Positions 49,504 through 62,352 of a stretch of 64,000 nucleotides of DNA are shown here, in pieces. Numbering within the stretch: position 1 is the stretch's first letter; each line of letters begins with the position of its first letter. The translations under genes and the position numbers were made by a program. This DNA comes from Rhynchobatus australiae (lineage: Eukaryota): positions 44,217,689 to 44,281,688 of the forward strand of contig JAUZTB010000027.1 in assembly GCA_034780895.1 (NCBI GenBank), in the 5' to 3' direction. The notes under the pieces were generated by a model that searched no databases, had not been told where the DNA came from, and was given only the letters and a program-made list of their open reading frames with translations.

Positions 49504-52500
49504 CTGCGTGGGTCAGAAAGAAATATTTAGATATCAGGCCAGGTATTGCCTTCAGCCATTCACGCATCGCTGTCAAAATTATTTCAAATGCATTTCAGAT
49601 GGAGTTTGTGTCGTTGCACAGACACCGTGAACATTATAACAACACTTAACCCATTAATCACGCTGCAATATGGTGCAATTGAAGCGTTTAAATGATCGAA
49701 GGCTTCAAAAGTTGAAACGTTTCTTTAAACTCCAAAGAATAGATTGACTAATAGACAGTTTCATTTGAGGAACATGTTATTTTCACATTTAACATTTCAA
49801 TCCTATAATCACCGGGTACTAAATTGATTACTCAACGCAATATGAATCGTCCACTCTGAGGGCATAAACGTTTTAATAAATAGATGCAAACGATTCTAGT
49901 GTGATTATGATGTATTTTCCACGCTGTGTCTTCCTTGGGAGTAAATACCGGTGTGAATGAATAAATGAACATACCAGCTCATGATGTGGTCGCACTTCCG
50001 TAGTACATGTTCTTTTACCTGTAAAGAAATAAAATACAATGACATGAGAAAATTCCCTCTTGGCTCCGTATCCAGGCTGTGATTGCAAATAGGTCTCTGG
50101 AGTCCAAACAAAGGCAGAAATGATTTACAATACAGAGGAACAGGTTCTTAGCACACAGTTAGGTCGGTAGTTTAGAGGGTGAGGTGAACCTTCTACTATT
50201 TTTGTTGGGCTTCCCGATATAAGGACCTGAAGTACTCATCGTCTTGTCAGGGTTCCCTTTTTTCTGTTGTGATCAATCACAGTCTCGGCTGTTCCACTGT
50301 CACGATGAATTCCTTTTCAATGAGAAATTGACGACATGTTTAAAGCTTTTTCTCTCACTCTTCCTGCCGACCACTTACCGTGAAGGATCCACAGATAACG
50401 TGCTGCTTTTGGTTGTCCGATGTCGGGTCTTTGAACCATGTGGCACAGCCATTAGTAAGTTCAGAGCTTAATCAGAGTGTGCTGGCCTGGGAGAGGAAAC
50501 TGACTTTCGTTCATTTACCCTGCCAGTGGCTTTCGGAGATTTAGCTGAAGTGATGGTGGTATTTCTCCAGTAGTTTTAACATAGCTGCTGTGGGTAGGCC
50601 ATATCTCTCGGGCTGGGTTTGAGGCCCTGATCTTTTTATGCNNNNNNNNNNNNNNNNNNNNNNNNNNNNNNNNNNNNNNNNNNNNNNNNNNNNNNNNNNN
50701 NNNNNNNNNNNNNNNNNNNNNNNNNNNNNNNNNNNNNNNNNTGATCTTTTTTTGCAGGGTCCTGATACAGGGTCTCGACCCGAGTCCTCGGCCATCGCTT
50801 TGACTCCATAGATGCTGCCCGGCCCGTTGAGTTCTTCCAGCAGTTTACCTTTGCTCCACGTTCCAGTATCTGCAGTCGCTTGCATTTCTTCTGGTCTCTG
50901 CCTGTTCTTTTCCTCCGATAACTCAAGGCTGTGCTAGGAATCCCGAGACAGTGGTGAAATCACCATTGATGACTGCCTTCATGGCAGATAGCTCCCAAGA
51001 TGTGGAAGGTCATCTGCATTTTTCAAGAGTCTTGTTAAAGATCTTTATTATTGAGGATCAATGTTATGCAGTCGTGGGCAGGCTGGGAAAATGACCCTTA
51101 TCTTTAAGGAGTTTAGTGTAACGCCTATTCTCTCATATGTATCATTGGTTGGGCCAGGGATATCTTGGAGCTCAGATTCCAAGTATACACACGTGCTGCA
51201 GAGATCTTGGGGTGGCAGCCACAGTGGTTGAATAATTGCCCATTTGTGCTATAAAATGTCTCCATTCCAGCGGAAAGATCATTGGATGCAATACTCCAGC
51301 GAATAAAATTGAGAGTTGGACAGCTAGGGCTTTCCTTAACCCCAGTCTAGAAAAGGATTGGTCATAGCGGATCTTTTGTCTTGGAATCACTTTGTTGTAT
51401 TAAGACCATACCCATTGATTTCCATAATATCTTAGAAAATCTAAATTCGTAACATTAGTTCATTTATTTGAGCCAAACTTCAGAAAGATTCTTCACAATA
51501 CCTCTCAATTGGTGAAATGAGGGACATTTGTAACGTCAAAATACATCGATGGTTCTTCGTTGTAGTTGGTTCTTACATCCATCCTGGAGATATGAAGTAG
51601 TGAAGATCATGTCCCTTGTGTTTCGTGCTACACAGAATCTGCAGTGTGATTTGGGAAACAACACTTCATGCACTGATATCAGGTGGCTGAGATATTTACT
51701 GTGACAAAGCGCAGGTGATGCTTCTACAAGAACCCTGATGGGATCTCTCTCTTCTTCTGAAAATGATCACCATTACANNNNNNNNNNNNCTGGTCCGGAT
51801 ACTGAGTTGTAGGATGTAGTCAGGGGCACCTATTGTAAAGGCAGAGACTCAGTTTAAAAGTTCCTTGAAAACCTCCTTCCAGGGTATACTGAATATCACC
51901 CAGTCCTTGAGAAGCATGTTTTCGTTCTGGGTTCACGGCAGGATGGACCCTTGGCTGTTTGGGCTACCGATGGTCCTGACAGCACTGAAGGATACACACG
52001 TTAGCATTCTCGACTGGTTGCTGGATCTCCTGCACTCTGTCCACCAACCACCTATTTTAGGGCATTTCGGTGGAACTGCGGTATATTCTTTTTGCGTGTG
52101 CTGAAATTTCAAATCGGAGAATGGCCTGTTAGTGTAAATCATTAGCTTCTGAATCTCCTAGTCAATGTCATTAAACCAGCACGGGTATTTTCTGGTGTGG
52201 AGGTTAAGAGCTTATTCGCAGGTATTAATTACGGTGGATTTCAGGGAAGTCCCCGAACTCTGGACAATCTGCTGCTCCCGTTAGTTGCGCGTCATCAGGC
52301 TGTGTGTGGAGCGTTGCTTGAGAAGAGATTGTCTTATAAGGAGCTCCATCAGACGTCTGAGATTCATTTTCTTGTGGCATCCTATAGGTTGCATCATTGA
52401 TTTGCAGATGGGAAATAACACTGCGAATTAGCTGGCGGTCACGGTGGGGATGTCTTGGAACACTCAAGGAATAAAAGGAGACGAAGACAGGGCGTGGAAA

Positions 52501-54345
52501 AGTAAATAGAAGATTAGCTGTTATTCCACAACAGTGGGTTCGAGGGGCCGCTTTGCTTATNNNNNNNNNNNNNNNNNNNNNNNNNNNNNNNNNNNNNNNN
52601 NNNNNNNNNNNNNNNNNNNNNNNNNNNNNNNNNNNNNNNNNNNNNNNNNNNNNNNNNNNNNNNNNNNNNNNNNNNNNNNNNNNNNNNNNNNNNNNNNNNN
52701 NNNNNNNNNNNNNNNNNNNNNNNNNNNNNNNNNNNNNNNNNNNNNNNNNNNNNNNNNNNNNNNNNNNNNNNNNNNNNNNNNNNNNNNNNNNNNNNNNNNN
52801 NNNNNNNNNNNNNNNNNNNNNNNNNNNNNNNNNNNNNNNNNNNNNNNNNNNNNNNNNNNNNNNNNNNNNNNNNNNNNNNNNNNNNNNNNNNNNNNNNNNN
52901 NNNNNNNNNNNNNNNNNNNNNNNNNNNNNNNNNNNNNNNNNNNNNNNNNNNNNNNNNNNNNNNNNNNNNNNNNNNNNNNNNNNNNNNNNNNNNNNNNNNN
53001 NNNNNNNNNNNNNNNNNNNNNNNNNNNNNNNNNNNNNNNNNNNNNNNNNNNNNNNNNNNNNNNNNNNNNNNNNNNNNNNNNNNNNNNNNNNNNNNNNNNN
53101 NNNNNNNNNNNNNNNNNNNNNNNNNNNNNNNNNNNNNNNNNNNNNNNNNNNNNNNNNNNNNNNNNNNNNNNNNNNNNNNNNNNNNNNNNNNNNNNNNNNN
53201 NNNNNNNNNNNNNNNNNNNNNNNNNNNNNNNNNNNNNNNNNNNNNNNNNNNNNNNNNNNNNNNNNNNNNNNNNNNNNNNNNNNNNNNNNNNNNNNNNNNN
53301 NNNNNNNNNNNNNNNNNNNNNNNNNNNNNNNNNNNNNNNNNNNNNNNNNNNNNNATTCCTTGAGAATTTCTACCGTGTAAAATGCATTTGCAACTATCAA
53401 CGGGAATTGAAAACTGACAGAAAAGACAGGTTTCAATTTTGATCCCAACGGGAATTTTCTTCCCCGTATTCATCCGGAGATTGTCAGTACCTCTGAAGGT
53501 TTGTACTAAAATGTAGGTTTTAATCCGGATCTTGCCTTTATTATTCTGTTGCCGGCAACACACCCCAATGACGATCATTATCACCAAAATCGCCAGTCCA
53601 CTCACTGTACCACCAACAGCTCCGGAGGAAGAACCTAGACGGTAGAAAAGTGGTTGTTATGACAAACACTCGCTGCAGAAAAATAAGCGACAAGAGCTCT
53701 CCGGTGGAGAGAATGGGGCGGGGCGGTGGTGGGGTAGAGGTGAGAAACCTTCCACTGATTGAGATTTTATCAGTCCTTAGTCCTTAAAGCTGTCATTTTA
53801 AATGCGGTTATACTTACTGGTAATCACAAATGTTCTCACTTGATATGCTCGATATATTTACAGCTGTTTTGTATTCCTGTGTTTGACACTTACCATGCAC
53901 AATTAGTACTGATCCGGTACCGTTTATTGGAGCCGATTTGCGACGAGTCACCGTGCACANNNNNNNNNNAGTACCAAGTTCCATTGTCATTCGCATCAAA
54001 TCGTTTTCTGCTGTTGGCCATTGTGCGCAGGTAAGTATTATCACCCTGCTTCAACCACAGCACTCTTACCCAAGCATTGACCCAAGATTTGGGGATTATG
54101 CAGTAGAAGGTGATGCTTTCCCCTGTGGATATAACTGCTTCTTTCGGCTCTTGAACTATATATGACTGGTCCGCATCTGTCGGGCACGGCATGAAACAGG
54201 GTGAGAGAAAAAGACAATCTGGATCATTAAATCAAGGTGGAATCATTATACAAATCAAAGCAATCGACGCAATGGACAAAGCTGTACCTGCGTAAATACT
54301 CCCTCCTCGGAGAATCAGACAGAACACCATCACGCTAATTAACAT
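49351..54345 (-). CDS. Gene D (whole span): single-V inhibitory receptor, leader-V-TM-ITIM tail, no C1
   Basis: Exons 54345-54288, 54176-53894, 53634-53536, 50018-49975, 49503-49351; only ~260 nt of gap-free intron separates V and TM. Confidence 0.75.
49975..50018 (-). CDS. Gene D cytoplasmic exon 1 (GKRTCTTEVRPHHEL)
   Basis: 44 nt, acceptor ctttacag, donor gtatgt; paralog of 19684-19727. Confidence 0.75.
50950..52500 (-). mobile_element. Old RTE-like LINE fragment in gene D intron
   Basis: Decayed WW..EIQQ, FSAVRTI.P, PWKEVFKELLN segments typical of RTE ORF. Confidence 0.55.
53536..53634 (-). CDS. Gene D transmembrane exon (GC donor)
   Basis: GSSSGAVGGTVSGLAILVIMIVIGVCCRQQNNK; 99 nt; donor AAG|gcaagat is homologous to |gtaagat in gene A. 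Confidence 0.8.
53894..54176 (-). CDS. Gene D Ig V(J)-type domain exon
   Basis: DADQSYIVQEPKE..ITFYC..VLWLKQ..[10-N gap]..CTVTRRKSAPINGTGSVLIVHG; the frame change coincides with an undersized gap. Confidence 0.85.
54288..54345 (-). CDS. Gene D signal-peptide exon MLISVMVFCLILRGGSIYA
   Basis: 58 nt, donor GCAG|gtac, paralogous to the other leaders. Confidence 0.8.
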
Positions 54346-54536
54346 TCTGAGTGATAGGTTCAACTGACTCTGCAGTAACGTGCGTTCGTAACTTTAAAGT
54401 CTGGGTTGCGGTTTGTACCTGTGACATAGGTCGCAATGATGTTTTGTTATTATGCGGGCGAGATATGCAGGTTTCTATTTTTTTTGTCAGAGTTGTTAAC
54501 TTAGTTGACGGCAGGTTAAAATGTTTGAGAAACATT

Positions 54537-54653
54537 ATGATGCTGGAGGAAATCAGCAGGCCAGACAGCATCTGTGGAGAAATACACTTCTCTGCGGATG
54601 CTTTTCTCCACGGATGGATGCTGCCTGGCCTGCTGAGTTCCTTCAGCATCATA
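54537..54653. repeat. Palindromic non-autonomous repeat upstream of gene D leader
   Basis: atgatgctggaggaaatcagcaggccagacagcatc .. gatgctgcctggcctgctgagttccttcagcatcat; related pieces at ~7570, 13240, 46390, 50760 and 56265. Confidence 0.75.
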
Positions 54654-55814
54654 ATGTATTTCACGTTAAAATGTTTCGCGGGTAACGAGAAAAAAGGTTT
54701 TTATTGTATCATTTCTTAATATCACACGCAAATTTATTGCTTTTGATTAAAACATGGGGACGGAGATTGGGAATGAATTTTGCAAGATGTTGACGCTGAT
54801 ATCAAATCTATAGAAGGCTAAACTGTCATAAACTTTTCGTTCTTCCCCCTTTGCATAATAAATAGAAATGTTTTCAGAAACAACGTTTACAGAGATAAAG
54901 TAACCAATTGATGCGCAACTTGTTGGGACTGAACGTCAGCCGGCATGTATTTCAACCGCTGTTATTTATTTGCGGCTGGAGTCCGAACTTGGCAGGTCCG
55001 GCGGTATGGTCCCCGGATGGCAGCACCGCCAGCCTGCTGTCCCTCCATCCCGCTGCTCAGTTTGCCACCTCCTTTTCCGGGTGCCCCGCCTCTGGAGTTG
55101 CTTCCCTTCGCGCAAGTTTAGTTATCGCAAATTAGATAGTGGGAAGGAGCGGACTCCTGCAGCACCAATATTTCATGGGAGCGAAACGTTCTGCAGAGAC
55201 TAAACTAACTGGCCCATAACTCCAACTACACCTGGAATGAGCGAGTTGTTTATGGGGAAGTGCTTGGCCAGGTTAAGCTCACATCCACTGGAGTTGAGAA
55301 GGGTGGAAGAGGACTTGATTGGAATATGTGAGATCCTGAGGGGACTTGACAGGATGTACGCGGAGAGAATGGTTTCACTAGTGGGAGAATCTAGAGTTGG
55401 GAATCAACGTTTTAAAGTATGACAGAAATTAGACCATTTTTGCTCTGAGCGGATCTTTCGTCTTTGAAACTGTCTTACTCAAAGGGTTGCAGAGGCAGCG
55501 GTGGATATAGGATATGGGAAAGGGGTTAAAGGCAACCACAGGCAAAGGGGAATGAGGAATTCAAGCCAAAATCAATCAACCATGTTCTTTTTAATGATGG
55601 GCAAGCTTCCTGTCCTAATTTGTATGTTCATATATAGGTAGTGTATGAGCGTGGAACATATTCGGTGGAACCTGAAATACGGATTTTACGTTAACGTTTT
55701 CATTCGGATTATGTGAGAACAAATTCTCAGCCCTTATGATCTGTATGTTCATAACTTCGGTGCATTGGTGATCTCGAACTTCACTAATAAGACGGGAGGG
55801 AAACATAAAATAAG

Positions 55815-56129
55815 ATTTCTTTATTAGTCACATGTACATCGAAACACACGGTGAAATGCACCTTTTGCGTAGAGTGTTCTGGGGGCAGCCCGCAAGTGTC
55901 GCNNNNNNNNNNNNNNNNNNNNNNNNNNNNNNNNNNNNNNNNNNNNNNNNNNNNNNNNNNNNNNNNNNNNNNNNNNNNNNNNNNNNNNNNNNNNNNNNNN
56001 NNAGGAAACCGGAGCACCCGGAGGAAACCCACGCAGACACGGGGAGAACGTACAAACTCCTTACAGGCAGCGGCCGGAAATGAACTCGGGTCGCTGGCGC
56101 TGTAATAGCGTTGCGCTAACCGCTGCACT
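55815..56129 (-). mobile_element. V-SINE (HE1-like)
   Basis: Reverse complement of the 12753 family, with a gap inside. Confidence 0.9.
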
Positions 56130-58299
56130 AAAGGGGTCATTAATTTTATTTGATAATCGCAAAATTATTATTTGTTTTCTTTTTCTCTGGGGATTATTGT
56201 GTGGCTCACTTGTAGATTCATTTGCAGGATATTATTAGGCTAGTTTTATTTTATTGGTGAAAAACAGAGGAACTCGGCAGGCCAGGCGGCATCCGCGGAG
56301 AAAAGCAGACGGTCAACGTTTCGGGTCAGGACGAAGGGTTGAGGAAGTTTTCCTTTTTCTCCACTGAGTTCCTCCAGCATCATCGTGTTTTTCATCTAGA
56401 TTCCAGCATCTGCAGTCCTTTGTTTCTCCTTTAGTTTATTGGTGTTTACCCCAAGCCGGAAACTCTAAACTCTTTTTTTTCTAATCAATCTCCATTATTT
56501 TCCAGTTACACGAGAGAGGGCCTTCCCAGTGACATTCACATGCACAAAGATAAATGGGAACTTAAATTATTGTATTGTCCCTACCTACATGCAGAATAAA
56601 GAATTATCATGAACTACTTTTGCTCTGACTGCTTCCATTTTCATTTGTATTATGAAGTTATTCAGAAGGAATAAAGTCATTCAAGATGGGTTCTGTTTAA
56701 TACTACGTACCGTGGAATCAGAGAAGATATACGGCACTGAAGGTGGACATTGAGCCTATCATATCCATGTTATCTGCTGCTCCTAAAAAATAAGCTCCTG
56801 CTTAACCAATCCCACCACATTGCAAAAGCTCTCGAGTCCAGGCATCTTCTCCCAAATGTTCCCTCAGCGGTCTCTACGTTCTCAGCCTTTTTGAAAAACG
56901 TAGAGCAGAACTGTAGTCCTTCAGCATCCTGCATACTTTTTTTAACCACTCTACTAACGTTTACTCTCTCAGCAGCAAAACACATCTCTCTCCCCACTGA
57001 GCGACCTTCCAATTTACAAAATATTTTCACTATTCTGACTGCGGTCTTGATGCCTTCACTCTGGAACAGTCGCTCTTCCAATTATACAGCAACCGCCACA
57101 GGAAGCTATTGGGTGGACACGCTGATGTTATGGCTGAACACTTAGATGTGAAACCCATGCACGCGTGGGCAGCATGTACTCTATGTCTCACTGCCCAACA
57201 AAGGCTGATGCAGAGGAACATTGGTAAGGTGAAGAAACTATAATGCACCCCGCAGCTCTCTGTATGAGCCATGAGCCCTGAAGTACTTGGTGGAGCATGT
57301 GTCAAAATTCATCGGGTCATGTTGCCTGCAACAATACCTCGCCTACGCATTTCATCCCTTGACATGAAGCAAGTGACAATAAACTGAGAAGCAGGAGTAA
57401 GAGGAAATGGGGTCTTAGTAGGGGATATCTATAAAATATGTCAAGAAGGAAGAAAAGAGGCAACCCAGTAAACGATTTATTGGAGTACAATACCTGTAAT
57501 TGCAATGACAATTGTATAGGGAACAGTGGGCAGAGGAGGAAATTATCTAATTTACTGTCGAAGTCCGGAACATTGTCTCTAAGGGTGGTAGACACAGACA
57601 TGATGCTAGAAAGAGGGATTAGGATTAGTAGATTATTTTACTAGTANNNNNNNNNNNNNNNNNNNNNNNNNNNNNNNNNNNAATTTTCTGCAAATTTATG
57701 AAATTTCTGAAATCAATGCAGAATAAATTTTCAAAACGTGTTTTCCCTTTCCTTCTGACTGTATTCCTTCTTCCAAGTTTTAGTATTTTATGTTTCCATG
57801 TTTAAATATTCTGTAGAATTGTTTATTCCTGTAAACTTTTGGATTGGGGGGTTCATTCTTGGACCTTCCAACTCATAGAAACACTTCATTTTATTGTTTT
57901 TTTTTGTCAATATCATGAAAACTTCTATAAATCACATGTTAAGCCTTGAGAATTCCAGAGAATTCAATGATGGACTGTATAATCTAGTTTCTTACTTTAA
58001 TCGGGGTTTCGTTAAAACGCGCAAATAAAATAAGGGCTAAAGAAGCAAGGGAAGAGTAATCCAGATTCTGTCGTTTCCAGTGTGTTTTTTTTTTGTCCGT
58101 GGGCTTTTCTCTGAGGGACTGGATGACGACCAACTTTGATGCGTTGCTTTAAACAGGTCCGAAGGATAGACCAGATTACCAAAAGCGATACAGTTTAGCA
58201 TCGGCGGTGGCAAATCTTTGGGGGGAATGTATGAGGTTATATTAACATTATGTATATTATAATTATTAACAATGTACTGTATATTAACATTAAGAGAGG

Positions 58300-59090
58300 C
58301 ACAGATTAATCAGTACCGTCAATATGGCTTTGCTCAGGAGAGGTTAGAATTGACTAACTAATTTGTAAAAACGTAAAAACAGAAGTACAAACAAAGCCAT
58401 AAGGCCTGTAAGTGCCCATTCCATGTTCCGCAAGATCACGGCCAATCTTGTGCCTCAAGACCTCTAAGCCGCTCACTGGCCATGTTCTCTGATTTCCTTC
58501 ACGTCCGATAGTTGTTTTGATTTCAGCCTTCATTCTCCCGGCCTTGAATGTACTCCACCACTGGGCAACAACATTCCTCTGAAACTGAAGTTCGCAAGGA
58601 TGCCAATATGGGAAGTTCTCCTCCGCCACCCTGGGTAACCAGCGAGACTCTCTACTCTTGTATTCTAATGTCCTTATAACAGAGGCCACCATAAATTTCC
58701 TGTCCCAGTTGCCTGCAACATCTACATGAACCAGCACCCCAAATTCGTTGTGTGTACCAACATTTACTAGTTCTCGCCGTTCGAAAGGATGATGTCTTCT
58801 TTCTATGAATTATCTCTAATTTCCCAAGTGATAGTCCATCTGTCATCTTCTCGCAAATGTCTTAACCTATTTCTTTTTGCAGACACGTTATGTTTGGCTT
58901 TCCAATAATATTTTATCACCAGCAAACTTGAATATGTTGGAGTCCATGTTCATCCACGTCATCAATGTGAACTGATTGCAGCTGAGGCCTGGGGCAGGCA
59001 TCCGTTGTAACCACCTGCCAACATGAAAACAAGTCATTTTTTCCAACTCTGCTTCTATCCTTTAAACGGTTCCCTATTGGTACTAATATC
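58300..59090 (-). mobile_element. Old CR1-like LINE 3' fragment
   Basis: IRTLEYKSRE remnant, SKFA motif and a CR1 3' UTR-like end. Confidence 0.6.
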
Positions 59091-60521
59091 TTANNNNNNN
59101 NNNNNNNNNNNNNNNNNNNNNNNNNNNNNNNNNNNNNNNNNNNNNNNNNNNNNNNNNNNNNNNNNNNNNNNNNNNNNNNNNNNNNNNNNNNNNACAGCCT
59201 CCTGAGACTTCATTTTATGTAACGACCCTCTGAGAGATGATTTATCAAATATATTTTTGCAAAATCACTATATCAACAGGTTCCCATTTATCTCCGCATC
59301 GGTATCATCGTCAAAAATTCTCTTTGATTTGTCGGACATGGTTTTCCCCTCAGAAAACAGGACTGGTCTTCCGTTTCTCTCAAATCGTTGGCCACTGTCC
59401 GGTGGCTATGTTGTGCCCGCTGGAAGCCCGACTCCTGGCACTTCGGCGTGGCGCCGTCCGGCACAGGAGCTGTTTCAGAGCAGGCTGTTGATTGTATCCG
59501 CAGAATAACTCTCATCACTGTTGCCCACTGCTGGTTATTACGCATGTTTGATCCTGTTGAATTTTAGTCATATCCACTTAGTTATCCATGTCGGAGTCCG
59601 ACATCACTTTGTCTGCTACTGAAATGTCCATCTACGTTGCCTTTGCCTCTTGACTGGTTGCTCATAGAATCACAGATCTTCAAGGCACGGTCGGAGGCCA
59701 TTTATCCCATCCAGTTCATGCCGACGAAAAATTACTCTGCGGTTTACTCCGGCTTCACAGATCTTGGATGATATTCGTGTAGATCGCGACCATTCAAGTG
59801 CAGATTGGGGTACGGTTTGAATGAAAGAAAGGTGTGTCCTGCACAGTCTTTCAGGCAGTGAGTTACAGAACATCTCCCGGCCTGCTGGCCCCCACTCCCT
59901 TGAAACAAGGATGCCTCCTGTTGGGGTAATTTGGGGGCAGTAAGTAGAAAAAAAGATGTCAGTTATCTTTTGGAGTACGGTAGAGTCCCTTTACTTGACG
60001 AAAGATCGAAAAGGCAACTCGGTAATATTTTTTCCCTCATTTATTGATAGGAGTCCCAAAGACACCCGCTTCCAAACGAGAAATAGAAACAAATATCAAA
60101 AGAGTGGTGCGATTACTGGTTCAATGCTGACCTCTGGTGCTGACGGTGAGAAATTTGCACGTTCTCTCTGTGACTCGGCAAGTTTACTCCAGGCGCACGG
60201 GTTTCCTACCACAANNNAAAGGCGTGCGGGTTGGTAGTTTAATTGGTCATTGTAAATGTCCTTTGTGAAGGTGAGTGGTAAACTCTGAAGGGAACGGCGG
60301 GGAATTGATGGGAATGGTGGAGAATAGGTTAGTGGGAACATTAGTGGGGGGTACGATTGGCCTTTAAACCGGCATAGAATCGATGGGCCAAATTGGCTTC
60401 TTCTATGTGGTAAGTAGACATGAAAAAATCCAAATCCAACTGCCCTACCTCATCTTTATCGGGGAACTTTCATCACCTTAGAGGCTTGTACTAATATCTA
60501 GGGTTTACTCTAGATTTTAAC

Positions 60522-60631
60522 CTTTTCTTACTGCAGTTACCAAATCCCCATAACGACCATTAATGCTAAAACCGCCAGTCCAACCATTGCAGCAACAAGA
60601 ACTCAGCAATTACCAGATTCGCTGAACGAAC
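60522..60631 (-). pseudogene. Pseudogene E transmembrane exon with stops
   Basis: GSFSESGNC*VLVAAMVGLAVLALMVVMGIW*LQ*EK; acceptor cttgcag; downstream intron is similar to that of genes A and D. Confidence 0.75.
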
Positions 60632-60676
60632 CTGCAAGATTAATGGACCATCTGTTATGACGCGCATTTGGATATG

Positions 60677-60698
60677 GTGTGTGTGTGTGTGTGTGTGT
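60677..60698 (+). repeat. (GT)11 microsatellite
   Basis: Direct read. Confidence 0.95.
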
Positions 60699-61456
60699 AA
60701 GGGGAAGGGGAGAGATATAGCCAGGGAGGAGCGATAGTGAGATGATTCTATTTCGATGGCATTTCCGCAGAGTGGAACTGCGAAATGAATACATACAAAT
60801 ATATTATTTTTTAAAAATGTATATTATTCGATTTGCCTTGGTCGAATAGATGTCGCTTGCGGAATTAATTTCCAGAGCAGACTGCAAGTTTCCGAGAGTC
60901 GTGATGCGAGTGGGTGGAGGAGGTGCGCGAATTGCCTCAGATCTCTCCTGAGATCAAAACTCTCCCAGAGTTTTCCTATTCTTAACTTTATGAAACTGTA
61001 GTTTGATTTCGAGCGGCACTTTCTTCACAAACGTTTCACCGTTTCTCCCGTGAAATACTGGAAGGCTGAAGATCCCCTTCCAGTTATCCGAACTGCGGTT
61101 TCTATATTCAGTGTCACAAATGTCGAAGTAAATCAACGGAAAGCGATATCTTAATTGTTGTTGATAACATAGACTAAGCTGGCTACAGGAGCTTGCTGGC
61201 CCTATTTAAATTAGATTTGTAAGGGATATCCCAAATAAAGCCGCTGTGTAATAGGTAGTTGAGGGTTAAGATTTGGCCTGGAGTTAACTTTAGAACCGTA
61301 GTGGTGCTGGGAGTGCGAGTGATGCAGAAGACGTGTGGAAGTTGGAGAATGGGAGGGGAGGGGAGTTGGAGCAAGCGTTGGCAAGTAGAGAGGAGGTTGG
61401 ACTGTCAGGGTAAGAGAAGCCGCAGGCGGGTTGGGCTAGCACCGACAACAACTGGG

Positions 61457-61760
61457 GCAGTACAGTGGCTGTCTCACAGCTCCGGAGACCTGGGTTCAAT
61501 CCTGGCTTCCGGTGCTGTCAGTGTGGAGTTTGCACTTTCCCTCTGTAACTGTGTGGGTTTCCCCAGGGTGCTCCGGTTTCCTCCCACATCCCAAAGGACT
61601 GCCTACGGATTGGCCAGTATAAATTACTCCCACGTGAGTGAATGCCAATACAACTGAACAGAGAGGGGAAAATGGGGAATGTTATGGGGAAATGAGAAAG
61701 GTGATAGGATTTATGGGATTGCTCTGCCAGGTGCCGCCATGGACACGACGGGCCGAATGG
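61457..61760 (+). mobile_element. Older V-SINE
   Basis: gacctgggttcaatcctg..gtggagtttgcac..gggtgctccggtttcctcccacatcccaaag; a similar copy lies at ~60100-60410. Confidence 0.75.
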
Positions 61761-62149
61761 TGGCTCAGTCTGTCCCTAACAATCTGAGTCCAAGTAGGGA
61801 GACAACAGCATGATACCACAAGACAGTGACACGCTTGTAAAATTGAAAACTAAAGAAGAAAATAATAAATGACCAAATGAGGAAATGTGGCCATTGAGTA
61901 AAGACAAACCCTTATATCGAACAAAAAGCTTGAAAGCAAACGGCCTTTAACTAACAATACTTGTATGCTGAGCGATCTGATCTGCCAACATACAAATTAA
62001 ACATCAATGCTGTCGTTTATATTTCGAATTAAATGTAGTGCACTGCCCATGGTNNNNNNNNNNNNNNNNNNNNNNNNNNNNNNNNNNNNNNNNNNNNNNN
62101 NNNNNNNNNNNNNNNNNNNNNNNAGCGCCAAATGTTACGGGGGAGTGTG

Positions 62150-62352
62150 CTTGCGGAAGGGCTGTTGTGTTGAGGGAGACGCGAGATATAATTGGCGTCG
62201 CTTCGGACTGGCTGAATCTCTGTCAAAAAGTTGGAAACCTCGGTGTTCTGCCAGTGCAGTTTCGAAGCCATTTCAACCAGAGCACAACGTTCTCGGGATA
62301 AAACTCAGCCGTTTCAGATGTCTGGGGTAAATCATAATCGGGGTTGGCGGCC
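62150..62352 (-). pseudogene. Pseudogene E heavily deleted C1 exon
   Basis: Fragments PPTPIMIY, SETAEFYPENVVLW, QNTE, LTEIQPVRSDANY and VSLNTTA match C1 of genes A/B. The acceptor is mutated; 62440-62700 resembles gene A's V-C1 intron. Confidence 0.7.

Noticed and set aside
53960-53969. Apparent frameshift in gene D V exon
   Set aside because: Coincides with a 10-N placeholder where roughly 15 codons (E-F strand, DSGxY) are missing; not evidence of a pseudogene.
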